From: Chthoniobacterales bacterium
GTDB lineage: Bacteria; Verrucomicrobiota; Verrucomicrobiia; Chthoniobacterales; Chthoniobacteraceae
DNA length: 64,000 bases
Assembly (NCBI GenBank): GCA_038207335.1
Contig: JBBQZX010000002.1
Location: 192,001 to 256,000, forward strand
Direction of reading: 5' to 3'
Shown: positions 39,611-49,316 of the stretch, piece after piece
How positions within the stretch are numbered: position 1 is the first letter of the stretch
Layout: the number at the start of each line of letters is the position of its first letter
Notes under the pieces: model-generated
Told to the model about the DNA's origin: nothing
Database searches by the model: none
Seen by the model: the letters and a program-made list of their open reading frames with translations, nothing else
Program-made: the position numbers and the translations under genes

Positions 39611-40576
39611 ATGCGAAACTTCGTCCTCTCCCTCCTCTTCATCGCCATCGCCCGCGTCGCACTCGCCGAGCGTCCGCCGAATATCGTCATCGTTTTCACC
39701 GACGATCAGGGCTACGCGGATGTCGGCTGCTTCGGCGCCAAGGGCTTCACCACCCCCAACCTCGACCGCATGGCGCGCGAAGGCCGCCGCTTCACGAATT
39801 TCCACGTCGTCCAGCCCATCTGCACTGCCTCCCGCGCCGCCCTCCTGACCGGCTGCTACCCGAATCGCCTCGGCCTCCACGGCGCCCTTCCCCCGCACTC
39901 GCGCATCGCCCTCAACCCCGACGAGATGACCCTCGCGGAGCTCGTCAAGCAGCGCGGCTACGCGACCGTCATGTTTGGAAAATGGCACCTCGGCGACGCC
40001 CCGCAATTCCTCCCGGTCCACCAGGGCTTCGACGAATACCTCGGCCTCCCCTACTCCGGCGACATGTGGCCGCGGCACCCCGAGGCAAAGCCCGGCACCT
40101 ATCCGCCCCTGCCCCTGATCGAGGGCGACAAAGTCCTCAATCCCGACATGCAGCCCGCCGACCAGGAGCAACTCACCACGCAATACGCCGAGCACGCCGT
40201 GAGCTTCGTCGAGCGGCACAAGGACGCGCCATTCCTCCTCTACCTCGCGCCGAATATGCCCCACGTCCCGCTCTTCGTGAGCGATAAGTTCCGCGGCAAA
40301 TCCGAGCGAGGCATCTACGGCGACGCCATCGAGGAAATCGACTGGGCGGTCGGTCAGGTGCTCGACGCGCTCCACCGAAACGGCCTCGACGAAAACACCC
40401 TCGTGATCTTCGCCTCCGACAATGGCCCGTGGCTTTCCTACGGCGACCACGCGGGCTCCGCCGCACCGCTCCGCGAGGGCAAAGGGACGAACTGGGAGGG
40501 CGGCACCCGCGTCCCGTGCATCATGTATCCGAAGTTTTCAGGATGGGCCTTCCGGGTGTCAGGAAATGCCTCGTGA
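39611..40576 (+). pseudogene. Arylsulfatase A-like sulfatase, truncated near 40525
   Basis: [38 protein letters not shown], then 16 unrelated residues and a stop; the C-terminal part of the fold is missing. Confidence 0.8.
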
Positions 40577-40654
40577 GTTCTCACATCGCTTCAACGGGCG
40601 TCGTGAACGCCGCAATGACGTTCTTTCCAAATGCCTCCGGGGAGGCGGGTGACG

Positions 40655-42958
40655 CTATTTTCCTGTCTGGCTGAGGAACTTCCGGTGGTCGCCTTCTCCT
40701 CTGCGAAGCTGGAATGGGGGGCTATCGACGACGGCTTGGACGAGGACGCTGAATTTACCCCCGCTCTTATCCAGGGTCTGGGTGATCTTCTCGATGGCGG
40801 TGCGGTCGTAGTATTCGAGGCCGCGGCCGAGGGCGTAGGTGAGCATCTTCTCGGCGGCGCAGCGGATGACGTCGGGGCGCTTTTTGGTGAGGAGGATTTT
40901 GCGGAGTTCGATGGGGCCGTCGAATTTCTCGCCGCTTACCAGCACGCCGGTGGAGTCGATGTCGGCTTCGCCGTCGCGTCGGCGGAAGGCTCCGATGCCG
41001 TCGAACTTTTCCAGGCCGAAGCCGATGGGGTCCATGCGGGCGTGGCAGGAGGCGCAGACGGCGTTTTTGCGGTGCTGTTCCATCTTCTGCCGAAGGGTGC
41101 CGGTGAGTTCGGTGCGGCTGGCGTCGTCGAGGTTGGGGACTTCGGGCGGGGGCGGCGGGGGCGGGGTGCCGAGTAGGTTGTCGAGGACGTATTTGCCGCG
41201 CTTGACGGGGGAGGTGCGGGTGGGATTGGAGGTGAGGGTGAGGAAGGAGCCCTCGCCGAGGATGCCGCCGGGGCGGTAGTCGGGGAGTTTGACTTTTACG
41301 AAGGCCTCGCCGTCCACGCCGTCGATGCCGTAGTGGCGGGCGAGGCGCTCGTTGACGAAGGTGTAGTCGGCACCGATGAGGTCGAGGATGCTGGCGTCGG
41401 TTTTGACGATGTTGTCGAAGAGGAGCTCAGTCTCGCGCTGCATGGCGGCGGCGAGGGGCTTGTCCCAGTCGGGGTAGGTCTTGGGGTCGGGCTGGACTTG
41501 GGCGAGGTTGCGAATCTGGAGCCACTGGCCGGCGTAGTTTTCGACGAGGGCACTGGCTTTGGGGTCGGCGAGCATGCGTTGGATTTGTGCGGAGAGGTTT
41601 TTCCGCAAGGTGCCATGCTGTGCCTCGGCGAAGAGGGCGTCGTCGGGCATGGTGCTCCAGAGGAAGTAGGAGAGGCGTGAGGCGAGGGCCCATTCGGTGA
41701 TGGGGACGGCGGCTTTGGGATTGTCAGGGGTGGGCTGGAGTTCGCCGCGGAAGAGGAAATTGGGCGAGACGAGGACGGCGGTCATGGCGGTCTGGAGGCC
41801 TTGCTCGAAGTTGCCGCCCTTCTTCTGGGTCTGCTGGTAGATCCACATGAGACGCTCGATCTCGACGCCATTCACGGGACGGCGGAAGGCGCGACGGGCG
41901 AAGGTGCCGATGATGGCGCGGGCGGATGCCTCTAGGGTGGGCTGTCCGCGCCCGGCTGCGAGGAGGCGGATCTGGGACTCAGGGGCTTTGACGGGCTGCG
42001 GAGGGGAGATGAGTTCGATTTTCCGCAGGGTAAAGGTGCGGGTGATGGGCTTGCCGTTGCGCGTCTCGGGCTTGGTGAGGGGGTTGGAGACGCGTAGGGC
42101 AAGTATGTGGGAGCCGGGTTTGGCGTCGGGGACTTTGAGCTTGAGTGTCTCGGGGGTGTCGCTGGAGCCGGGCATGGCGGGGACGGTGATGGGCTGGTCG
42201 TCGAACTTGATCTCGAGCTTGCTGGGCTGGTCGCCGATGCGGCGGCCGTTGAGCTGGATGCGAAGGGAATATTCGCCGGCGATGGAGGTCTCGATGGTGA
42301 CGGTGGCGGCGCTGTCGTCGATGCGCCGGGCGGTGGGTGTGGAGCCTTTCTCGGGTCCACCTTTCAAAGAAAGGAGAGGGACGCGGACGGTCTCGGGGCG
42401 CGGCTTGTGGTCGTTGAGGATGGCCGCGCTCATGATCTTCTCGGCGGCGCTGAGGTAGCGGTCGAATAGGACAGGAGGGAGTGAGAGGACGTCGCCGATG
42501 TCGTCGAAGCCGTAGCCGGAATCGTCGGCTGGGAAGTCGTCGGCGGGGTCGAAGTCGATGCCGACGAGGTCGTGGACGGTGTTGTTGTACTCGGCGCGGT
42601 TCAGGCGGCGAATGGTGACGCGGCCGGGGTCGGGGTGGTCGGGGTCGATGGAGAAGACGGCGAGGTCGATGGAGCGCATGAGGCGCTCGCGTTCTTCGAG
42701 GGAGGGCTGCTTTGCATCGTCGGGCGGCATGTCGCTGGTGCGGATGTTCTCGAGGATGGCGGCCCACTTTTTCTCGTGCTCGGCGGCGGTGGGATTTTTG
42801 AGGAAGGGGTCGAGATCGAGGTCGCCCTTGTGTTTGCCGTTGGCGTGGCATTTGAAGCAGTAGGTCTCGAGGAGGGGCTTCACGTCCTTTGCGAAATCGA
42901 CGGTCGCGGCGCTGGCGATGTGCCCGGCGAGGAGGAAGGCAAAAAAGAGGGAACGCAT
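40655..42958 (-). CDS. Planctomycete-type cytochrome c protein (DUF1587/1595/1592/1588/1585)
   Basis: YCFKCH, RRLNRAEYNNT, AFRRP, LASRLSYFLWS.MPD, TSPVKRG, CASCH. Confidence 0.92.
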   Translation of the reverse strand: MRSLFFAFLLAGHIASAATVDFAKDVKPLLETYCFKCHANGKHKGDLDLDPFLKNPTAAEHEKKWAAILENIRTSDMPPDDAKQPSLEERERLMRSIDLAVFSIDPDHPDPGRVTIRRLNRAEYNNTVHDLVGIDFDPADDFPADDSGYGFDDIGDVLSLPPVLFDRYLSAAEKIMSAAILNDHKPRPETVRVPLLSLKGGPEKGSTPTARRIDDSAATVTIETSIAGEYSLRIQLNGRRIGDQPSKLEIKFDDQPITVPAMPGSSDTPETLKLKVPDAKPGSHILALRVSNPLTKPETRNGKPITRTFTLRKIELISPPQPVKAPESQIRLLAAGRGQPTLEASARAIIGTFARRAFRRPVNGVEIERLMWIYQQTQKKGGNFEQGLQTAMTAVLVSPNFLFRGELQPTPDNPKAAVPITEWALASRLSYFLWSTMPDDALFAEAQHGTLRKNLSAQIQRMLADPKASALVENYAGQWLQIRNLAQVQPDPKTYPDWDKPLAAAMQRETELLFDNIVKTDASILDLIGADYTFVNERLARHYGIDGVDGEAFVKVKLPDYRPGGILGEGSFLTLTSNPTRTSPVKRGKYVLDNLLGTPPPPPPPEVPNLDDASRTELTGTLRQKMEQHRKNAVCASCHARMDPIGFGLEKFDGIGAFRRRDGEADIDSTGVLVSGEKFDGPIELRKILLTKKRPDVIRCAAEKMLTYALGRGLEYYDRTAIEKITQTLDKSGGKFSVLVQAVVDSPPFQLRRGEGDHRKFLSQTGK

Positions 42959-43030
42959 GGGACTACGCACGAAAGTGCGGTTCGGGGCCGGGGGCAACGG
43001 ATTTTGCCGGGACGGCGACTATTTCCCCGG

Positions 43031-44125
43031 TCAGAGCGGCAGAGCGAATGAGAAGACTGCGCCACCCTCAGGATGGCTGCGGGCGTAGATGCGGCCGCGA
43101 TGGTCGTCGATGATGCGCTTGCAGATGGACAGGCCGAGGCCGGTGCCGTGCGACTTTCCAAAGGTGGCAAAGGGCTGGAATAACCGCTCGGCGATCTCGG
43201 GCGCGATGCCGGTGCCGCTGTCTTTGATCTCCGTGACGATTTCGACGTCCGAGAGCGAGAAGGTGACGAGGATGCTGCCGCCGGCTTGCATGAAGTCGGT
43301 GGCGTTGTTGACGAGATTGTAGAAGACGTGGCGGACGCGGCTGCCATCGAAGCGGACGGCCACCGCGGGCGGCGGCACCGGGCACTCGAGGGTCATGGAA
43401 TTGGCGGCGACGTCGGGCTTTAGCTCATCGATGACCTGCTCGGCAAATGCACGGAAATCCGCGGGTGCGTGGGGACTGGCGGGGGCGGAGTCGCGCGTGT
43501 ATTCGAGGAGTTCGTTCGTCATGCGCGTGAGGCGCGCGGCTTGGCGCTGGATGAGGACGTTCGCCTCATCGCGCATCGCCTCGTCGGTGTCGGGCGCGGC
43601 GAGCATTTCGGAGGCAACGCCGATGACGTTGAGCGGATTTTTGAAATCGTGGACGATGCCCTGCGCGAATCGCCCGACGAGCGAAAGGCGTTCGGCCTGC
43701 AGGACTTCGTCGAGGTAACGACGATCGACGTATCGGACGCGGTTGGTGAGGTCGCGGACGAGCGTGATGAGGAGCTTTGGGGAGTTTTCGAGGGTCGAGA
43801 GCGCAAGTTCGCGCGCGACGAATGAGAGGCGGCAATCGGTCTCGGCGGTGGCGGTGGCGAAACGCGGGGTGTCGTCGAGGATGGCCATTTCGCCGAAGAG
43901 CTCGCCCACTCCGAGATGCCCCAGGACGCGGGCTTCACTGCCATTGACGGTCGCAGTGATGACGACGCGGCCTTCCTCCACGACGTAGAGCCCGTCGCCG
44001 GCGTCACCTTCGCGAAAAATGACCTCGCCTGCCCGCATGAGCCGCTCCTCGGCGGTTGTCTTGACGGTTGCGAGCTCCCTGCGAAGGAGTTCGCCGAAAA
44101 GATCGATGGCGCGAGGCGCGGACAT
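43031..44125 (-). CDS. Cytoplasmic cNMP-binding sensor histidine kinase
   Basis: IFREGD..LYVV, FGEMA..PRFAT; H-box HDFKNPL; NLVNNA, DSGTGI, GTGLGL; no transmembrane segment. Confidence 0.9.
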   Translation of the reverse strand: MSAPRAIDLFGELLRRELATVKTTAEERLMRAGEVIFREGDAGDGLYVVEEGRVVITATVNGSEARVLGHLGVGELFGEMAILDDTPRFATATAETDCRLSFVARELALSTLENSPKLLITLVRDLTNRVRYVDRRYLDEVLQAERLSLVGRFAQGIVHDFKNPLNVIGVASEMLAAPDTDEAMRDEANVLIQRQAARLTRMTNELLEYTRDSAPASPHAPADFRAFAEQVIDELKPDVAANSMTLECPVPPPAVAVRFDGSRVRHVFYNLVNNATDFMQAGGSILVTFSLSDVEIVTEIKDSGTGIAPEIAERLFQPFATFGKSHGTGLGLSICKRIIDDHRGRIYARSHPEGGAVFSFALPL

Positions 44126-44217
44126 GCGCGGAGTAAATGCACAATCATCGCGCGAGGACGATGCAAATCCGTCGGGTTCGGGGCAACCAGCGGACACTCT
44201 GCGTGCGATTTCCCGAC

Positions 44218-44673
44218 ATGAGCAAAACCACCCCAATCACGCGCGAACGGATGATCAAACTTTTGAACGAGGATCTGGCGCGCGAGTATCAGGCGATTAT
44301 CGCTTACGTGATCTACAGCCAGACGATGAAGGGCGCGCCTTACACCGATATCGCGCGGGAACTCGAGACGCACGCCGCCGAAGAGCTGAGTCACGCGATT
44401 TTGATAGCAAAGCAGATCGACTACCTTAACGGCACGCCCGTGACTGTACCGAAGCCGGTGAAGATGTCGGACAAGTCGGAAGACATGCTGAAATTCGACC
44501 TCGATAACGAGAAGGAGACGATCCTGAACTACCGCGAGCGCATCCGGCAGGCGGAGGAGCTTGGGGAATTCGGCATCAGCGAAGTGCTGCGCAAAATCAT
44601 CGCACAAGAGCAGGAGCACCTGACCGACCTCGCCGACGCGCTGGGGATCGATAACCCGAAAATCTCGGAGTAG
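44218..44673 (+). CDS. Bacterioferritin/ferritin-like di-iron protein
   Basis: LARE...EELSH...NEKE...EQEH di-iron ligand pattern. Confidence 0.88.
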   Translation: MSKTTPITRERMIKLLNEDLAREYQAIIAYVIYSQTMKGAPYTDIARELETHAAEELSHAILIAKQIDYLNGTPVTVPKPVKMSDKSEDMLKFDLDNEKETILNYRERIRQAEELGEFGISEVLRKIIAQEQEHLTDLADALGIDNPKISE

Positions 44674-44705
44674 GAGCGGGATGGATTTGGAGCGCGAGGG
44701 CGCTC

Positions 44706-45704
44706 TCAGCTCTCGAAGCTCGCGAGCAGTTCCTCGGGCGTGACCGTCGCAGTGCCGAGCTTGCCGACGACCACGCCGCTGGCGTGATTGGCGATCTCCG
44801 CGGCTTCGGGCGGTGTCGCGCCCGCACTTAGGGCGAGGGTGAAAATCGCGATGACGGTGTCGCCCGCGCCGCTCACGTCGAACACCTCGCGCGCCCGCGT
44901 CGGCGCGTGATACGGAGGGGCATCGTGGCGGAAAAGCAGCACGCCCTGCTCGCCGAGCGTGATGAGCAAATTGTCCGCGTCCCACTTTTCCGAAAGCACG
45001 CGGCCGACTTCCAGCAGCGAGACGTCTTCCTCGGGCGGATCGCTGGGCTCGGTCGGCGGCAAACCCGCGCTGGCAAAGGCTTCCGGGCGATTCGGCTTGA
45101 TGACGGAGACGTGCTGCCAAGCGAGCGGATTCTGCGGATTCGGATCGACTGAAACGATCTTTCCGGCGCGATTTGCCGCGTCGCAAATCCCCGCGGCGAG
45201 TTCCTGCGTCACCATCCCTTTTCCGTAATCCTCGATGATGATCGCATCGATCTCCGGCAGCATCGCATCGAGCTGCGCCAGCGCGCGCGCGGCGTGTTCG
45301 TCGCGGAGCCGCAGCTTCTTTTCGCGATCAATACGGACGACGTGCTGCTGTCGTGCGATGATTCGCGTTTTCACGATCGTCTGATAACAGTCGTGCGCCT
45401 GCACCGAATCGAGCCGGATGCCCTCGCCTTTCAGCAAAGCCGTGAGACGCTCCGCGCCCGCGTCGCATCCCGTGACCCCCATTACGCGTACATCGCGCGC
45501 GAATTCGCGCAGGTTCCGCGCGACGTTCGCCGCACCACCGGGAAAGCACGACTCGCTCGAAACCTCCACGACCGGCACCGGTGCCTCCGGCGAAATACGC
45601 GAGACTTTTCCCCAGATGAACTCGTCGAGGATGAGGTCGCCGATGACGAGGATGCGCTTGTCGGCAAATTGCTTCAGGAGAGGAGTGAGACGCGCGCGAT
45701 TCAT
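44706..45704 (-). CDS. hldA: D-glycero-beta-D-manno-heptose-7-phosphate kinase (stand-alone RfaE domain I)
   Basis: GDLILDEF..RISPEAPVPV, PGGAANVA, DYGKG, DVSGAGDT, VVGKLGTA. Confidence 0.9.
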   Translation of the reverse strand: MNRARLTPLLKQFADKRILVIGDLILDEFIWGKVSRISPEAPVPVVEVSSESCFPGGAANVARNLREFARDVRVMGVTGCDAGAERLTALLKGEGIRLDSVQAHDCYQTIVKTRIIARQQHVVRIDREKKLRLRDEHAARALAQLDAMLPEIDAIIIEDYGKGMVTQELAAGICDAANRAGKIVSVDPNPQNPLAWQHVSVIKPNRPEAFASAGLPPTEPSDPPEEDVSLLEVGRVLSEKWDADNLLITLGEQGVLLFRHDAPPYHAPTRAREVFDVSGAGDTVIAIFTLALSAGATPPEAAEIANHASGVVVGKLGTATVTPEELLASFES

Positions 45705-46639
45705 TTCGCCAGAGCCTCCTCCACCGCCGCAAAAAGCAGCGGCACCATGATCTCGTGATGCCCGACGATGTAGAAGCCCTGCCCCCCAAGCTTCGTCGGT
45801 CGCCGTTGCACGTTTTCCGTCGGCCGATAGTGGCGTGTCATGTCGAAAGTCGCAGTCGTAAAACGCTCCACGCGGTTCCCGAGATTCCGCGCGATCGTCA
45901 GCGCCTTCAAAAAAACCTCCGGCATAATCACAGCGCTGCCGACGTTGACGACGACCCCGCCTTCGAGTTGAGCGACGACCGATGAAAAGAGCTGAAAATC
46001 GCGGTAACTTGCCTCGCCGAGCACCGCGCCGCTCGTGCTCGGATGCTGGTGAATGATGTCCGTCCCGATGGCAATGTGGACGGTCACGGGGATGTCGAGT
46101 TCAAACCCTGTTGCAAGGATGCTGAGCGCGCGATTTTCAAAGTCCGCAGCCGCCTCGCCAAGCGCGCGTCCGGCCCCGAACCCGCGCGCCACACCGTCCG
46201 CGAGTGCCATATTCATGCGGCTTCCCGTCTCCTCGACCATGCCGAAGCTCCCGTCATCGAGCCCGCGTTGCACGTCCTCGCTCGTCTCCCCTTGGTAACA
46301 TAATTCGAAGTCGTGAATCGCCCCCGCGCCGTTGAAAGCAACAGCATTCAAAATCCCGCGCCGCATTGCATTTACGAAGACCGGATTGAGTCCGACCTTG
46401 ATCGAATGCGCGCCCATCATCAGTAAAACGGGGCGCGCATTTCGCACCGCATCCGCGACCGCCGCGACGGTTTTGCGAAAGTCCTGCACCGCGAGAAAGT
46501 CCGGCAGATTCGACAGAAAATCGGAGAAGCTCGCGCCCGCCGAATGAGGCGTGGCAAAGGCTTCCAGCGCCACTTTGTTCGCGCGCTCCGCCACCGGATA
46601 AGTGCGGATTTTTGCGAAGTCGAGCGGTGGAAATTCCAT
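45701..46639 (-). CDS. Conserved hypothetical protein, possible deoxyhypusine-synthase-like (DHS) fold
   Basis: MGAHSIKVGL, NGAGAIHDFE, TSEDV..DGSFGM, TVHIAIGTDIIH, GSAVIMPEVFLKA; ATGA overlap with hldA. Confidence 0.7.
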   Translation of the reverse strand: MEFPPLDFAKIRTYPVAERANKVALEAFATPHSAGASFSDFLSNLPDFLAVQDFRKTVAAVADAVRNARPVLLMMGAHSIKVGLNPVFVNAMRRGILNAVAFNGAGAIHDFELCYQGETSEDVQRGLDDGSFGMVEETGSRMNMALADGVARGFGAGRALGEAAADFENRALSILATGFELDIPVTVHIAIGTDIIHQHPSTSGAVLGEASYRDFQLFSSVVAQLEGGVVVNVGSAVIMPEVFLKALTIARNLGNRVERFTTATFDMTRHYRPTENVQRRPTKLGGQGFYIVGHHEIMVPLLFAAVEEALAK

Positions 46640-46770
46640 CGCTCGGATTCCGCCCGGCACGCGGCGGGCGTGTCAATCCGCATCTTCTCGGCGGCTCACG
46701 TCAACCCACTTCAAATCCCGCGAGCATGCGTCACTTCGCATGTTTTCGGCTTGCACCTTCTCACCTGAAA

Positions 46771-46820
46771 GTCACAAACGCGTCACACGTTCGTAACACA
46801 ACGTCACGAACGTGTAGCAA
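46771..46820 (+). promoter_or_regulatory. Pho-box-like tandem direct repeats
   Basis: GTCACA (46771), GTCACA (46782), GTAACA (46793), GTCACG (46803), GTAGCA (46814); spacing 11/11/10/11, upstream of the porin-pst operon. Confidence 0.7.
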
Positions 46821-46877
46821 TTCGCAGCTTGATTCCCCTCAAGCGGCGGAGCACCCAACCAACCAAAGACCCCAAAA

Positions 46878-48347
46878 ATGCTCAACCCAACATCCCTCAG
46901 AATCGCCGTCGCTCTTGCGCTGGCGACTCCGCTCGCCGCTGTCGCGCAGGACAACGGCGCGCTCATCGACAAGCTCGTCAAGAAAGGCATCCTCACTTCT
47001 CAGGAAGCCGAGGAAGTCCGCGCCGACCTCACGCGCGACTACACCATTACCTCCGCCGGAAAAATCCAGCTCAGCAATTCGCTCACCGAACTCAAGCTCT
47101 CCGGCGACATCCGGCTGCGCTACCAATATGACAACAAGGACTACCAGGTGGATCCCGTCGGCGTTGGCACCGATAGCGACCGCAGTCCGAGCGGAGCGCA
47201 GCGCAGCCGCTGGCGTTTCCGCCTCCGCCTGAATGCGGATTTCAAGCTCGCGGAAAACTTCTACGGCGGCGTTGAACTCGGCACGAACTTGGCGTCGGAC
47301 AGCGGCAACCAGACGTATGAAAACGGTTTTAACAAATACCCGATCTATATCAGCAAAGCCTTCATGGGCTGGAACCCGAACGACTGGCTGAACATCACCG
47401 CCGGCAAGTTCAGCAACCCATTTTACACCACCGACCTCGTTTGGGACCCGGACATCAATCCGAACGGCGTCACTGAGAGCATCGCCTTTCACAAAATGTA
47501 TTTCGGCGGCTCCGAGACGAGCTACTCGAAGGACGGCAAGACCGCGTCCGCGCCGATCAAGGAAGAGCGCCCGTGGGAACTCACGCTTGTCGCGGGGCAA
47601 TTCATCTTCGACGACAACCTCGAAGGCGGCGGACGCGACAACGCAACGCGCGACAACGACACCACGAGCGACGTTTACCTTTTCGAGACGCAGCTCATCG
47701 CGAGCTACAAGATGGGCGGGGTAAAAGCCACTCTCGCTCCGGCATGGATGACCTACACGTCCGGCTCAGTCTCCGGGGCTGAAAACGAGAACTCCTTCAA
47801 TGACAGCCCGCTCGTCTCCGGTGCCTCGCGTGACCTGAACCTCATCCTCGTCCCCGGCGACGTGTCCTTCAAACTGGGCGAGCTAAAGACCAAGGTTTAC
47901 TGGGACTTCGCCTACAACATCGAAGGCCGTAAACGCGTTGAGAATATCTACCGTCTCGCATCAGTGGGGAACCCCGCGGTTGATCCTGATGACCTCGTCA
48001 AAAACCACAGCAATCGCGACGACTTCGCCTTCCTGATCGGAGTGCAAGTCGGTGAAAATAAAAAGAAAGGCGATTGGTCCGCGCTCGCGAACTGGAGGCA
48101 GACAGGCATCGGTGCGGTCGATCCGAATCTGAACGACTCCGACTTCGCAGCCGGCGAACTGAATACCAAGGGCTTCAAACTCGGCATGGCCTATAACTTC
48201 ACTGACTTCTGCATTGGTGGCGTGACTTATCTGCACGCATGGAATCTCCGTCGCGACCTCGCCGGCGGTGAGGCGACGGACGGGAATGGCGTCGCCGACT
48301 CGAATGCCGTCCAAGTTCTGCAGGTCGATCTCAGCATGAAATTCTAA
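46878..48347 (+). CDS. Putative outer-membrane porin heading the phosphate operon
   Basis: Signal peptide, ALIDKLVKKGILT, LSGDIRLRY, RFRLRL, amphipathic beta strands, C-terminal Phe. Confidence 0.85.
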   Translation: MLNPTSLRIAVALALATPLAAVAQDNGALIDKLVKKGILTSQEAEEVRADLTRDYTITSAGKIQLSNSLTELKLSGDIRLRYQYDNKDYQVDPVGVGTDSDRSPSGAQRSRWRFRLRLNADFKLAENFYGGVELGTNLASDSGNQTYENGFNKYPIYISKAFMGWNPNDWLNITAGKFSNPFYTTDLVWDPDINPNGVTESIAFHKMYFGGSETSYSKDGKTASAPIKEERPWELTLVAGQFIFDDNLEGGGRDNATRDNDTTSDVYLFETQLIASYKMGGVKATLAPAWMTYTSGSVSGAENENSFNDSPLVSGASRDLNLILVPGDVSFKLGELKTKVYWDFAYNIEGRKRVENIYRLASVGNPAVDPDDLVKNHSNRDDFAFLIGVQVGENKKKGDWSALANWRQTGIGAVDPNLNDSDFAAGELNTKGFKLGMAYNFTDFCIGGVTYLHAWNLRRDLAGGEATDGNGVADSNAVQVLQVDLSMKF

Positions 48348-48359
48348 TCCGCATCACGA

Positions 48360-48389
48360 GCCGGTGCCCGACCGCGGGCACCGGCCTTT
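48360..48389 (+). terminator. Stem-loop between porin and pstS
   Basis: GCCGGTGCCCG-ACCG-CGGGCACCGGC with only a short T tail. Confidence 0.55.
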
Positions 48390-48419
48390 GCTCGCGAGGC
48401 TCTCCATAAAAACAAAACC

Positions 48420-49235
48420 ATGAAACTAAATCACATCCTCACCACAGCAGTCGCGTTTGCGCTCACCGCTTCTTTTGCACATGCGGGGAAGCTCGTCATC
48501 AAGGGCTCCGATACGCTGGGCGCAAAGCTGGTGCCGCAGCTCGCGGAAACGTTCAAAGCCGCCAGCTCCGGCACGACCTTTGAGATCGCAGCTGAAGGCT
48601 CCACGACTGGCATTGCAGCGATCATCGACGGCACCGCGCAGATTGGCATGGCGAGCCGACGTGCGAAGCCGACGGAGGTCTCCGCCGCTGCCGCGAAAGG
48701 CGTGAATCTCAAGCCGACGATCGTCGCGTGGGACGGCATCGCGGTCATTGTGAATGACGCGAACACGCTCAAGGGGCTCACCAAAAAGCAAGTCGAGCAA
48801 ATCTTCACCGGCGACGTGACCGACTGGAGCGCAGTCGGCGGCGCACCCGGAAAAATCTCGGTCTATACGCGCAACACCTCGTCGGGCACCTACAGCGAGT
48901 TCAAGGAAATGGCGATGAAGAAGCGCGACTACGCGGGCAGCTCACAGAAGATGGCTGGCAACGAGCAGATCGCCGCGGAAGTCGGCAAGAACAAGAACGG
49001 CATCGGATATGTCGGCCTCGCGTATGACAAAGCGAACGGCATCAAAGTCATGACGCTCGACGGCATCGCGCCGAATGCCGGAACGGTCCGCAGCAAAAGC
49101 TACTCGCTGTCGCGCCCGACGTTTTACTACACGAATGGCGAGCCGGCGGGTGAGGCGAAATCTTTTCTCGACTTTACGCTGAGCCCGAAAGGTCAGGCGA
49201 TCGTCGCGCAGGTCGGGTTCGTGGCGATCAAGTAA
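48420..49235 (+). CDS. pstS: Phosphate ABC transporter substrate-binding protein
   Basis: KGSDT, EGSTTG, MASR, RNTSSGT, IGYVG, YSLSRP. Confidence 0.95.
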   Translation: MKLNHILTTAVAFALTASFAHAGKLVIKGSDTLGAKLVPQLAETFKAASSGTTFEIAAEGSTTGIAAIIDGTAQIGMASRRAKPTEVSAAAAKGVNLKPTIVAWDGIAVIVNDANTLKGLTKKQVEQIFTGDVTDWSAVGGAPGKISVYTRNTSSGTYSEFKEMAMKKRDYAGSSQKMAGNEQIAAEVGKNKNGIGYVGLAYDKANGIKVMTLDGIAPNAGTVRSKSYSLSRPTFYYTNGEPAGEAKSFLDFTLSPKGQAIVAQVGFVAIK

Positions 49236-49256
49236 TTTGCAGGTTTGTTTGGTTTG

Positions 49257-49298
49257 GGAAGCCCGCTGGCATTGAGCTGGCGGGCTTCCTTTCTTTTT
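49257..49298 (+). terminator. Terminator-like stem-loop between pstS and pstC
   Basis: GGAAGCCCGC...GCGGGCTTCC followed by TTTCTTTTT. Confidence 0.75.
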
Positions 49299-49316
49299 GA
49301 AAACTAGCCGTCTTCG

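Noticed and set aside
46771..46820. Short repeats here and at 8440 and 23754 as CRISPR arrays
   Set aside because: Units are too short, there are no unique spacers and no cas genes
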